Position numbers and translations under genes: made by a program
Virus record (IMG/VR): IMGVR_UViG_3300025313_000944
Span: 23,333-87,332 of that record
Length of the DNA: 64,000 nucleotides
Reading direction: 5' to 3' (one strand)
Origin: a virus
The notes under the pieces: generated by a model
The model's database searches: none
What the model saw: only the letters and a program-made list of their open reading frames with translations
Told to the model about the DNA's origin: nothing
Part shown: piece by piece, positions 9,286 to 18,305 of the stretch
Layout of the letters: every line of letters starts with the position of its first letter
Numbering within the stretch: the stretch's first letter is position 1

Positions 9286-9424
9286 GTTGGCTTTATTTTT
9301 GGCTGGATTTTTTGTAGGGTCGTTCATCTTCGGTTGGTTATACGCCAACGAGCGTGATAAAGTTAAAGAATTGACTGTTTTACTTAACACCCGCTTGGGT
9401 GATATTGCTAGAAAGGTTAAATGA
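9278..9424 (+). CDS. 48-aa membrane peptide
   Basis: GGAGG RBS; MVELALFLAGFFVGSFIFGWLY; fills the gap exactly. Confidence 0.6.
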   Translation: MVELALFLAGFFVGSFIFGWLYANERDKVKELTVLLNTRLGDIARKVK

Positions 9425-9828
9425 TGATTAAAGAGTTGCTACTTACAGGGTTGGTATTAGCCAGTTGTGTGTCTTCTCAACCTCCAGTTAGCCCGGTACC
9501 AACACCGATTGTGTGTGATGTAGAGTGGGCTGATTTAGAGTATAGCATTCCGCTCTATCCGGCGGGAGAATACTTGCTTACCTTTGAAGCCAAATCCGTG
9601 GAACAATATGGTGAGCATGCTTTGGTAGTTGGTGTAGAAGTTAACACCGGTCAGGTAGTCGAGATGGGTGAGTATCAAGGTGAGTTGTTGATAGTTGGAA
9701 CCCTCTATACAGTACGAGCCATATTCATGTCCTCCCAAGATGGTAGACCTATCTTCGCTTTAATTGAGGTAGTTAAGGTGGAGAGTGTAGTTGAACCTAC
9801 GCCGGCTATTATAGGAGACCAGGTTTAA
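9421..9828 (+). CDS. Putative lipoprotein
   Basis: LLLTGLVLASC lipobox, Pro/Thr linker. Confidence 0.65.
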   Translation: MMIKELLLTGLVLASCVSSQPPVSPVPTPIVCDVEWADLEYSIPLYPAGEYLLTFEAKSVEQYGEHALVVGVEVNTGQVVEMGEYQGELLIVGTLYTVRAIFMSSQDGRPIFALIEVVKVESVVEPTPAIIGDQV

Positions 9829-11849
9829 TGGAGCATAAGCTTACGCCAATGGCAGAACAAATCCTACAGAAGAGATATGTTCATTCTGCTTTGGGAGAAA
9901 AGGATTGGAGTGACGTTGTCGAAAGAGTGTTGAATCATGTCATCCCACAAGAAAAAGATAAATACCGTGAGATTTTACTTGAACGCTATTTCGTACCCAA
10001 TAGCCCTACTCTTGTTAATGCTGGCTCCTCTAATCTTAGCCTTTCTGCTTGCTATGTTGTACCTTTCGAGGATTCATTAGAAGACATTGCACATACTAAA
10101 TATGCTTTTCTTAAAGTGTGCCAGAAAGGTGGTGGTTGTGGTACTACACTTTCTAATTTAAGACCTCAAGGAATGCCTGTTGCTGGTAGTGCTCACTCTA
10201 TAGCAGCAGGGCCGATTGGATTTTTTAGTTCTATTTGTAGAGATATGGAAATTATGTCGGAGACTAGGTTCAGACATATGGCCATGATGGGTACGATGAG
10301 TTGTTCTCATCCTGACATAGAGAAATTCATTTTGGCTAAAACTGAAGAAGGTACATTACCAACCACTAACATCTCAGTGATGGCTACAGATGAATTCATG
10401 CAAGCAGCCATTGATGGGGAAAATTGGTTAGCTGCGTTCTATGGCCCACACGATACGAGTATATCCAGAACCTTCAGTGCCAAGCGACTGTTAGATTTAA
10501 TAGCCAAACAGGCTTGGCTTAATGGTGAACCTGGTTTGCTGTTTGAAACCAGAATAAATGAAGACACACCATATAAATATTCTGGTCAATATATTTATGC
10601 AACCAATCCTTGCGGTGAACAACCGTTGCCACCATATGGTGTTTGCAATCTTGGCAGCATTGATCTCAGTAAATATTATAAATCATATATATCAGACTTG
10701 AGTAAAGTTATAGATTGGGAATTGTTGGGGCAGCACATAAGATTGGCTGTAGAATTTCTGGATAATATAATTGATGTTTCGGTTTGGCCTTTGCCGGAAA
10801 TAGAAGAGTGGGTTAAAGACAACCGCCCAATCGGTTTAGGTGTTATGGGTTTTGCCGATCTGTTACTAATGATGGGTATAGAATATGGAAGTTTGGAATC
10901 AATCAATTTGGCCGAAGATTTGGGTGAATTTATTTATGAGGTTGCCCACAAAAGAAGTATCGAGCTTGGTCAAGAAAGAAATATACCACAAGCATGTAAA
11001 GTATTGCCTGAACCTAGACGTAATGTTACTATAATCTCTGTGGCCCCAACGGGCACTATCAGTCTATTAGCCGGGTGTAGTTCTGGCATAGAGCCAATTT
11101 ATGCTCCTACAACAATTAGAACGGACAAGACAGGGACTTATACGCTAAGACATCCTTATGAGACAACATCTTATTTCAAGTCAGCTATAAATGATGATCC
11201 CAACAAAGTCGTTACGTGGAAAGAACACATCGACATTCAAGCAGCTTGGCAAAAGCATTGTGACAGCGGAATCTCCAAGACAATTAATTTCCCCAACACA
11301 GCCACAGTGGATGATATTCGGGATGCTTTTGTATATGCTTGGCGCTCTGGCTGTAAAGGCGTTGCGGTCTATCGAGATGGTTCCAGACAGGAACAAGTTC
11401 TGAGTCAGAAAAAATTTTGGCCAAAGAATGAGCCGGTTACACAGGAAATTACACCCAAAGAGAGACCCTATACTTTAGATTCAAAGACTGTCAAGGTGAC
11501 TAATGGTGGTGAGGGGAATGTTTACATCACGGTATCATACCAAGACGCTGCACCCAGAGAGGTTTTCGTCAATACTGCAAACCTACTTCTACATGAAGTT
11601 CAAGCCAGGGATGGCTTTGCTAGGTTATCTTCTTTGGCTTTGAAGTATGGTGTTCCAATCACAGAATTGATAAAAGAATTGAGACAAATTCCAGCCCAAT
11701 CTTTGAAATCTGTACCTCTAATGATAGCTAAAGTATTAGAAGAATTAGAAATGCCGCAGGGTACCTGCCCCAGTTGTAAAGTTGGGGTATTAGAAATGGT
11801 TGAAGGTTGCAAAAAATGTTCAACTTGTGGCTTTAGTGAGTGTAATTAA
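9828..11849 (+). CDS. nrdJ: Class II (B12-dependent) ribonucleotide reductase with C-terminal TSCPD and Zn ribbon
   Basis: PNSPTL, LSAC, ATNPCGEQPL, CNLGSI, VAPTGTIS, SKTIN, YRDGSR, CPSC...CSTC; no beta-subunit gene adjacent. Confidence 0.93.
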   Translation: MEHKLTPMAEQILQKRYVHSALGEKDWSDVVERVLNHVIPQEKDKYREILLERYFVPNSPTLVNAGSSNLSLSACYVVPFEDSLEDIAHTKYAFLKVCQKGGGCGTTLSNLRPQGMPVAGSAHSIAAGPIGFFSSICRDMEIMSETRFRHMAMMGTMSCSHPDIEKFILAKTEEGTLPTTNISVMATDEFMQAAIDGENWLAAFYGPHDTSISRTFSAKRLLDLIAKQAWLNGEPGLLFETRINEDTPYKYSGQYIYATNPCGEQPLPPYGVCNLGSIDLSKYYKSYISDLSKVIDWELLGQHIRLAVEFLDNIIDVSVWPLPEIEEWVKDNRPIGLGVMGFADLLLMMGIEYGSLESINLAEDLGEFIYEVAHKRSIELGQERNIPQACKVLPEPRRNVTIISVAPTGTISLLAGCSSGIEPIYAPTTIRTDKTGTYTLRHPYETTSYFKSAINDDPNKVVTWKEHIDIQAAWQKHCDSGISKTINFPNTATVDDIRDAFVYAWRSGCKGVAVYRDGSRQEQVLSQKKFWPKNEPVTQEITPKERPYTLDSKTVKVTNGGEGNVYITVSYQDAAPREVFVNTANLLLHEVQARDGFARLSSLALKYGVPITELIKELRQIPAQSLKSVPLMIAKVLEELEMPQGTCPSCKVGVLEMVEGCKKCSTCGFSECN

Positions 11850-11850
11850 A

Positions 11851-12018
11851 ATGGGATTATTTAGTAAAGCTAAAGAAATTGAAATTGCTGTGGAAAAGAT
11901 TGCCAAAGCTCTACAGTCCGGTGTTGAAGAAGTTGCCGAGATACAACAAGCCTTGAATGATGTATCTAAAAGTTATGCCAAATTGAGTAAGATTTTGGAT
12001 AAGAAAGGTAAACAATGA
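11851..12018 (+). CDS. Hypothetical coiled-coil protein
   Basis: ATG 2 nt after RNR stop. Confidence 0.55.
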   Translation: MGLFSKAKEIEIAVEKIAKALQSGVEEVAEIQQALNDVSKSYAKLSKILDKKGKQ

Positions 12019-12212
12019 AAGATTATAAGGAAACAACTTCGTTTGAAATCTATGGGGAAGATGACCAACCACTATCTTTAGAATTTAAATGTCCAATTTG
12101 TGGTGATCATATTTATTGGGATGAAGACAAAGAAGGGGATGTTTGGATAGTTACTTGTCTTAATTGTTTCAATGCAATTGATGTTCATTTGAAATTGGTA
12201 TTGGAATGGTAA
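12015..12212 (+). CDS. Zn-ribbon protein
   Basis: CPIC...CLNC. Confidence 0.65.
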   Translation: MKDYKETTSFEIYGEDDQPLSLEFKCPICGDHIYWDEDKEGDVWIVTCLNCFNAIDVHLKLVLEW

Positions 12213-12213
12213 A

Positions 12214-12735
12214 ATGATTTGGTTCACTTCTGATCACCACCTAGGTCATGCCAACATAATCAAGTACTGTAATAGACCGTTCTCCAACGTAGAAGAAATG
12301 GACCAAGAGTTGATCCGGCGCTGGAATGAGGTGGTAAACCACAACGATATAGTTTATCACCTAGGAGATTTAACCTTGGGGGATGCCCGCGTTGCCCGAA
12401 ATTATGTGAAGCAATTGAATGGCAATATCCGAGTTCTAGGTGCAGATTATCACCACGACAAACGTTGGATACATGGTGCTCAGATCGAATCCAAAAGCGG
12501 AATAAAATTAACCGTGCTTCAGCCGGTAGAAGTCTTGCTGGGTTTGTTGGAAGTGCCCATAGTGTTATGTCACTTCCCATTCGCAATATGGGATAGAAAA
12601 CATTTCGGATCAATCCACCTCCACGGCCACAGCCATTGCAATTATAAAGGTGAAGGTAAAATCTTGGACGTTGGTGCAGATTGTTGGAGCTTTTATCCAA
12701 TGTCTCTAGATGAAATTAGAAAGAGGTTTGAATGA
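12214..12735 (+). CDS. Calcineurin-like metallophosphoesterase
   Basis: SDHHLGH, HLGD, CHFP, LHGHSH, DVGAD. Confidence 0.9.
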   Translation: MIWFTSDHHLGHANIIKYCNRPFSNVEEMDQELIRRWNEVVNHNDIVYHLGDLTLGDARVARNYVKQLNGNIRVLGADYHHDKRWIHGAQIESKSGIKLTVLQPVEVLLGLLEVPIVLCHFPFAIWDRKHFGSIHLHGHSHCNYKGEGKILDVGADCWSFYPMSLDEIRKRFE

Positions 12736-13106
12736 AGATAGGAATTGATATTGATGGTACGCTGACCAAATACCCAGAATTCTTTATGGAGTTGGGTAGG
12801 TTATTTCGACAAGCGGGACACAAAGTTTATTTGATTACCGGGTTGGGTGAGGATGGTTTGAATAAACGCATAGATAAATATTGGGGCAACATTTTTTTGG
12901 ATGATTCCTTCTATGACCATATTTATACTACAGCTTATTATAATTCGGATGAGATAAAATTAATAGGTATAGAACCGGACAATGAGAAAATAGTTGGTAG
13001 ATTTAAACAAAGAATGTGCAAAGAGTTAGGTGTAGATATAATGTTTGATGACCAAGCTTCTACTCATAGAGAGTTTGGCGATGTGCCTATATTTGAGGTG
13101 AAATAA
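12732..13106 (+). CDS. HAD-superfamily phosphatase
   Basis: IGIDIDGTL, LITG, K, FDD. Confidence 0.82.
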   Translation: MKIGIDIDGTLTKYPEFFMELGRLFRQAGHKVYLITGLGEDGLNKRIDKYWGNIFLDDSFYDHIYTTAYYNSDEIKLIGIEPDNEKIVGRFKQRMCKELGVDIMFDDQASTHREFGDVPIFEVK

Positions 13107-13864
13107 TGTCAGAACAAATTTATGTTAATGATTTAAGACTTGATGGTGATTCGACTTTTTCTCTTGTCCCACGCTGTACTACGTTTGAGGATATCAACCG
13201 GTACTTCTTTACTACTATTGATCGCCAGTATGGTTGGGATTTGGCTCCCAACGGGGAACTAGTTTTTAAGTTGGTCGGGTTTAGTATACGAACTGGCCCA
13301 TCTTTCTTTAATAAAGTTATGAAGCCAGACGCTACCCCATTGCCTGGGGTACTGATGAATGCTTACTACCCCAATTTTCAGGCAGACCCAAGTTGGGAGC
13401 CACTACCACGCTACGAAGCCCGTGCCTTCGGCGACTTTACGAATAGTGAGGGTGTTTGGGGATTGGCTATTGGGGGATTGCTTCTAAATTTAGAAGGTAG
13501 AAAAGGGCCACTGACGTTATGGCCGTTCATTGGTGCAAATAATACTCCACCTAGATACAGTGATGCCGTTCGCAATGTCGGTTGGTACCCAGCTACCGAC
13601 CACCTAGCGGTACACCCAGAGTGGCAAATCGTTATGAAGACGGGTGGTGTTACACCACCTAGTGGTAACACCGGTCTGTGGCTGTACAAAGATGGTCAAG
13701 CTTATGCTTTCATTCCGGCAATCGGCGGGCAACCACCCACCTCTGGATTTAATGGTCTGGCTTTCGACGATGGTACCAATCTAGCTTGGCACGTAGAAGG
13801 TCAGCTTGGTACGCCGGAAACAAGAAGCCTTTTCGCCAGAGTGAGAGGTTGGCTAAATGGTTAA
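13106..13864 (+). CDS. Hypothetical protein
   Basis: 252-aa ORF with GAGG RBS. Confidence 0.75.
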   Translation: MSEQIYVNDLRLDGDSTFSLVPRCTTFEDINRYFFTTIDRQYGWDLAPNGELVFKLVGFSIRTGPSFFNKVMKPDATPLPGVLMNAYYPNFQADPSWEPLPRYEARAFGDFTNSEGVWGLAIGGLLLNLEGRKGPLTLWPFIGANNTPPRYSDAVRNVGWYPATDHLAVHPEWQIVMKTGGVTPPSGNTGLWLYKDGQAYAFIPAIGGQPPTSGFNGLAFDDGTNLAWHVEGQLGTPETRSLFARVRGWLNG

Positions 13865-14120
13865 GAGAAAGTTGATGCCTTTCCCCAAAGCCGAGCAACC
13901 AATTGTCTTGGTAATAAATAGATTTGAAACTCTATGTGGAGAATGCAATAAGAATATAGACAGTATGGCTAAAGTCTGCAAATTTTGCGGAGCCAAGTTT
14001 ACCCATTCAACTACAACCTGTCCACTGACTTGGATGGTGAGCAATGTTCAAAACTTGAGAAAAGATTTGGCTTTTATATCCAAGGAAGAATTGGTAAACT
14101 TGGGAAAAATTTATTTGTAG
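13857..14120 (+). CDS. Zn-ribbon protein
   Basis: CGEC...CKFCG. Confidence 0.6.
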   Translation: MVKRKLMPFPKAEQPIVLVINRFETLCGECNKNIDSMAKVCKFCGAKFTHSTTTCPLTWMVSNVQNLRKDLAFISKEELVNLGKIYL

Positions 14121-14261
14121 TTTGAAAAAAATTCTGGGCAGAAAATCGTGCCTTTTATAGAATTCTGACTTTCTGTTTATCACCAAGCTTAGCTAATAGG
14201 TATAGCTATAAGATGCTATAGGAAGAGATAAAACGGTAGCATACCCCAAGCGGCTATGGGC

Positions 14262-14297
14262 AAAAGAAAACCCCCACCCTACTTAGGGTGAGGGTTT
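14262..14297. terminator. Intrinsic terminator between convergent operons
   Basis: A-tract, CCCCCACCCT-ACTT-AGGGTGAGGG stem, TTT. Confidence 0.75.
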
Positions 14298-14302
14298 GAT
14301 CC

Positions 14303-14500
14303 CTACATATATGTATGTAATGAGGGCTCCCTATTGGTTCGACCTCTGTATTTTATAATCCAACCACTTGGTATCATTTGTTTGGATTTTGTCAAAGCTT
14401 CTTCTCTATCCTTTCCATCTTGGACTATCCAACCATGTTGGCCTGTATTTCCCCAACCGTGACCGCCGTCAACACACCTGATTAGGAACATGTAATTCAT
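14303..14500 (-). CDS. Hypothetical protein
   Basis: AAGGAG RBS before ATG at 14500. Confidence 0.6.
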   Translation of the reverse strand: MNYMFLIRCVDGGHGWGNTGQHGWIVQDGKDREEALTKSKQMIPSGWIIKYRGRTNREPSLHTYM

Positions 14501-14510
14501 TTTTTTCTCC

Positions 14511-14807
14511 TTAAGTATAGAATAGGTTGCCCGCTTCCGAGTTCCAGCGGTGCAACTTGACCACCTCTTTATAAATAGCACTTCTTTCAGCAGCGGTAGA
14601 TGGCTGACCACCTACAAAGAGTGGTTGATATTTTGCTTCGATTTCTCGTTGGAGTTCTAACAGCTTGGCCAAGTATTCCTCATTAGCCAGCATTAGGGTT
14701 TGGAAATCTTCAGCAGAGACCGGGACTGAGTAACCTTTTTCATCAACGGTGTCAATAACCAGGTAACTGTTATCCTTGGTGTCGATTGGTGCAAATTGCA
14801 AATCCAT
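14511..14807 (-). CDS. Hypothetical protein, paralog of 15697-15993
   Basis: Shared EDxxTLxLAxxEYLxKLL...GGQP motif. Confidence 0.75.
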   Translation of the reverse strand: MDLQFAPIDTKDNSYLVIDTVDEKGYSVPVSAEDFQTLMLANEEYLAKLLELQREIEAKYQPLFVGGQPSTAAERSAIYKEVVKLHRWNSEAGNLFYT

Positions 14808-14818
14808 TTTATTTCTTC

Positions 14819-15202
14819 TTATATGTCAAATATTCGTATGCCATCACGAGTGATAGTAATAGATGGCAACCCACTTTTTGAGCCAAACCCCACGTCCAAC
14901 TTGGCTGATGCATAGCTAGGAATGTAGATATGAATTTCAGCATGACCCTCGCCGGTTTCCTCCACCCAAATATTTAGCTGTTCGCGGTTGGCTCTCTTGA
15001 GATTATGTTGGAAAGTTGCAGTTTGTTGGTGGATATAATCTGCTGTTATGCGAGGTAGGAACTTCTCAAGAAAGTGTACCCATTCCTGCATCTCTGCCGG
15101 ATAGCACCTAGGACAGAAAGCTTGACCCAAGATGAAACTGGGGGGTCCACCGAACCTTTCAGAATTTTCCGCACCACACTTGTTGCACTCGTACTCTGGC
15201 AT
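14819..15202 (-). CDS. Zn-finger hypothetical protein
   Basis: CNKC...CPRC; GAGG RBS. Confidence 0.65.
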   Translation of the reverse strand: MPEYECNKCGAENSERFGGPPSFILGQAFCPRCYPAEMQEWVHFLEKFLPRITADYIHQQTATFQHNLKRANREQLNIWVEETGEGHAEIHIYIPSYASAKLDVGFGSKSGLPSITITRDGIRIFDI

Positions 15203-15396
15203 TATGAACGTACCTCCGTAAAATCGTAGAATGTTTTCAGGACCATATCCATGACATGGTCCAAGTCACTACTTTCCGCAAAGTCAAGGTCGAATTCGCG
15301 CGGAAAATTCTCTACCGAATCATATACATATAGATACGGCATCATGATCTTGACCAATTTTTGCAGAAATTCTAGGTCTCTTTTTGAGCTTCTCAT
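15202..15396 (-). CDS. Hypothetical protein
   Basis: Tightly coupled to both neighbours. Confidence 0.55.
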   Translation of the reverse strand: MRSSKRDLEFLQKLVKIMMPYLYVYDSVENFPREFDLDFAESSDLDHVMDMVLKTFYDFTEVRS

Positions 15397-15687
15397 TCAG
15401 GCATTCCCATCGTAATTTGGTGTTGGGGTGGGTGTTACCGGAACCACCGGCTTGGCTGCTTGTGGAGGCCAAGTGAACCCCACAGATGGCTGCTCCCACC
15501 ATTCAGCTTTCTGCAATTCTAGAATGTAGTTATCACATAGTGATTGGTGTCCGGTGTCGGCCATGCACTTGTCCCAAATTCCGCGGTAGTATTCTTGCTC
15601 CATTTTATTTTCTGTCAGCCTACCCAACAGTAAGCCCAAGATTATACCCAAAACCACAGTGATGATTGATACTTTACCGAATTTCAT
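15397..15687 (-). CDS. Membrane-anchored protein with Pro/Thr tail
   Basis: GGAGG RBS; N-terminal TM helix; PVTPTPTP. Confidence 0.65.
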   Translation of the reverse strand: MKFGKVSIITVVLGIILGLLLGRLTENKMEQEYYRGIWDKCMADTGHQSLCDNYILELQKAEWWEQPSVGFTWPPQAAKPVVPVTPTPTPNYDGNA

Positions 15688-15696
15688 TTTAACCTC

Positions 15697-15993
15697 CTAA
15701 TGGTAATACAATCCCTTTTTGGCTGTATCGTTCAACTTGGTAAGTTCAGATAACTTATTGTCAATTGCATCTCTTTCTTGCCATGTGGCTGGTTGTCCTC
15801 CTTTAAGTTGTGGTTCATATTTGATTCTGATATTTTCTTGCAAATCCAGCAACTTGGTTAGGTATTCATCTTGGGCCAAGATTAGGGTACGGTAGTCTTC
15901 CAGCGAATTAAGAAATCGCTCCCAACCATTATCCGCCACGATCTCAATGATATCGCATTCTTTGGAGTCTATTTGTGCAAACCTGAATTTTAT
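15697..15993 (-). CDS. Hypothetical protein, paralog of 14511-14807, apparent ATA start
   Basis: GGAGGT-N4-ATA; N-terminus FAQIDSKE aligns with FAPIDTKD of the paralog. Confidence 0.65.
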   Translation of the reverse strand: MKFRFAQIDSKECDIIEIVADNGWERFLNSLEDYRTLILAQDEYLTKLLDLQENIRIKYEPQLKGGQPATWQERDAIDNKLSELTKLNDTAKKGLYYH

Positions 15994-15995
15994 TT

Positions 15996-16196
15996 TTACC
16001 TCCTACCCTCAGGGGTGACTGACACTAGGGGCACGTCTGGTACGCCAAATGTAGCCCTGTAATCCACAGTAACTTGGGACGTGATGGGATACGGTGCCTC
16101 GGTAAATTTTGGAATTCGTGGGTCTAAGTCACAGGCTAGCGACATTGCTAGCAATACCACCACAGCCAATAGAATCATTAGGTACTTTTTCACCAC
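15996..16196 (-). CDS. Small lipoprotein
   Basis: KKYLMILLAVVVLLAMSLAC lipobox. Confidence 0.65.
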   Translation of the reverse strand: MVKKYLMILLAVVVLLAMSLACDLDPRIPKFTEAPYPITSQVTVDYRATFGVPDVPLVSVTPEGRR

Positions 16197-16390
16197 CAGC
16201 CTCCACTGTCTGAGTTGCCCCCACCGGATGAACTACCACCACTATCTTTACCTTGATCTTTACCTTGATCTTTACCCCCATCTTTTTCCGCAGGTGGTGG
16301 GGGTGGTGGCATAGCGCCGCCTTTACTTTCCTCGCCGGGTTTCGACCGCTCCCCTTGGTACTCATCCCACGTGATCTTGTCTTTAGACAT
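16190..16390 (-). CDS. Low-complexity Gly/Ser/Pro/Lys/Asp peptide
   Basis: AAGGAG RBS; poly-Pro, GKDQ repeats, ends GGWW. Confidence 0.6.
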   Translation of the reverse strand: MSKDKITWDEYQGERSKPGEESKGGAMPPPPPPAEKDGGKDQGKDQGKDSGGSSSGGGNSDSGGWW

Positions 16391-16499
16391 TCTTAAGCTC
16401 CTTTTTCCAAGTGATAACCGTGTTGCCTGTGCGGGTGTTCAGCACCCTGTCTATCTCGCGCCAACCGTACTTCTCTAGGATATGGTTCTCGACCGCCAT
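16383..16499 (-). CDS. 38-aa hypothetical protein
   Basis: MAVENHILEKYGWREIDR...; fills operon gap. Confidence 0.45.
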   Translation of the reverse strand: MAVENHILEKYGWREIDRVLNTRTGNTVITWKKELKNV

Positions 16500-16580
16500 C
16501 TTACTTCTTGCCAACATTAGGAATTACCACACCAGTACCGCCACTACAGTGCAGATTTGGTGTCTGACATACCCATTTGT

Positions 16581-16940
16581 TCATTTCTTTGCCCACCTTT
16601 TCATTAGGTTGTAGCACGTGTTGTGTTGTTTGAGTAGAAAAGATAACCACCTATTTAAATCTTTGAATGGTGGTTCCTCACCGGGATCGGTCATGTAGGG
16701 GCACCACCATATCCACCAGTCTCCGTCTTCAGCCCAGTGTTTCTCACCCCAGTATGGTGAACTTTCTAGCAGCGGGCACAGGGCCTCCACCAACTTTTTG
16801 TGGAACCCGAAGTGCCACCGAACTCGCTTAGACCCCGTGTAAGTCTCGGTAGTGCAGTACACCCTCAGTGGTTGATCACCTGCATCTGAGCCGATTATGT
16901 CTGGGTATTCTCTGTGTAGAGTTAAGCTATCTCGGTTCAT
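16581..16940 (-). CDS. Hypothetical Trp-rich protein
   Basis: Operon packing. Confidence 0.65.
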   Translation of the reverse strand: MNRDSLTLHREYPDIIGSDAGDQPLRVYCTTETYTGSKRVRWHFGFHKKLVEALCPLLESSPYWGEKHWAEDGDWWIWWCPYMTDPGEEPPFKDLNRWLSFLLKQHNTCYNLMKRWAKK

Positions 16941-16943
16941 CTT

Positions 16944-17411
16944 TTACCATCCTATAGGGGCTAAATCCAGCAATCTAGTTTTGGCACAAAATAACCAATC
17001 TCGGTCATTCTTGGTGGTTTCTAAAGTGTCGGCAAAAACCACCGCCTTCGTAGCTGCTTCAAACCAGTCAGGCTTTATATCATCTGGTAGCTGGACGATG
17101 TGGCTACCTTCCCATAATGGGTACATACCTTTTTCCGGCCCGTTTGGTTCATTTAGAATCTTAATCACCTCAGCCGCAGCTACCTCACCCAGCGCCTCTC
17201 TACACAGACTTACCAATTCTTGCGTTGCCTCCTTGCGACGGGCAAATACTAACTCAACATCTTCCTGATAAACAGATACCAATTCCCCGTTTTGCCAGTG
17301 GTAGCCTGTACCAGCTACGAAGAATAGGTGAAATAGCACGTGCTTCTCGGTGGGAAAAAGCTCAGGGTAGTATTTCATTAACCGATCTTTAGTTTCCGCG
17401 TAAGATGCCAT
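16944..17411 (-). CDS. Hypothetical protein
   Basis: GGAGGT RBS. Confidence 0.7.
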   Translation of the reverse strand: MASYAETKDRLMKYYPELFPTEKHVLFHLFFVAGTGYHWQNGELVSVYQEDVELVFARRKEATQELVSLCREALGEVAAAEVIKILNEPNGPEKGMYPLWEGSHIVQLPDDIKPDWFEAATKAVVFADTLETTKNDRDWLFCAKTRLLDLAPIGW

Positions 17412-17531
17412 GGTTACCTCCTAGATGGTGAACTTCTTTGAAATTAATAGATTCCACGTTTAAAAATTTCAACTTGTGCTTGCCGAGGAAAATGACAACC
17501 GACGTTGGTTTGTAATCTTTGTCGTAATGCA

Positions 17532-18305
17532 CTATGATTCTAATCTGCATGTTTTATTCACCGGAAAGTCAATCTTATCCAATTCAGATTTGGGCATGTA
17601 CCACACCGCCGTGTGCTCCGGCCAAGTTCCGCTTGTTACGGACCATGGACCGCTATAAATATGTTTATCTGTAAAGTAAAGTTTATCTGTAAAGTAAAAT
17701 TTAAGATGCCTGTACCAATTGCTTAAACTTTGGTATTGAGTTCTTATTTTCAAACTGGATAAATCATAACCAAAAATTGAGCCGTCCAAGTCCTTGTGGT
17801 AATTTTCCCAAATACTGAGCAGTTCAAGTGAACATTCAATGTCAGGTTTGTAAACCGGGCACCAAACGTCCGGTGACACCTCGTAAGCTACGAAGTTCTG
17901 CACACCCCTCTGTCTGCTGGCTACCTCGTTGGGAACTCTATAGTTCTTGAAGATGTATATTGCCAGCTTGAGCAGGTCGAAGTTGTAACCACGACCTTCT
18001 CTCAGGTAACGTAGAATTGCGTGCAGCACCGGCCTAGGTGTGGTTGGATCAACGTCGGCCATTTCCTCAGCCGACTGTAAAACTATAGGTTGGTAGACTC
18101 CGTCTAGTATAGTGTTTGCTTTACCCACCCACTTGGCGAATTCGATTAGCTTTGCTGAATCCGGTGCCAATTTCCAGTAGCTAGAGACGGTGTGTATCCT
18201 GATTGAGTCTATTACCGAAACATTCTTGTAGAAGCACGTTGCAGTTTCGGCACAATGCGAGCTTACGTCTTGGCCGTTTACATGTACATAGTTGTAGCCA
18301 CTCAT
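17532..18305 (-). CDS. Hypothetical protein coupled to the ATP-grasp gene
   Basis: TAATG overlap, 257 aa. Confidence 0.75.
   Translation of the reverse strand: MSGYNYVHVNGQDVSSHCAETATCFYKNVSVIDSIRIHTVSSYWKLAPDSAKLIEFAKWVGKANTILDGVYQPIVLQSAEEMADVDPTTPRPVLHAILRYLREGRGYNFDLLKLAIYIFKNYRVPNEVASRQRGVQNFVAYEVSPDVWCPVYKPDIECSLELLSIWENYHKDLDGSIFGYDLSSLKIRTQYQSLSNWYRHLKFYFTDKLYFTDKHIYSGPWSVTSGTWPEHTAVWYMPKSELDKIDFPVNKTCRLES

Noticed and set aside
17664-17698. 18-bp in-frame duplication (YFTDK twice)
   Set aside because: Simple slippage duplication that preserves frame; no further signal.
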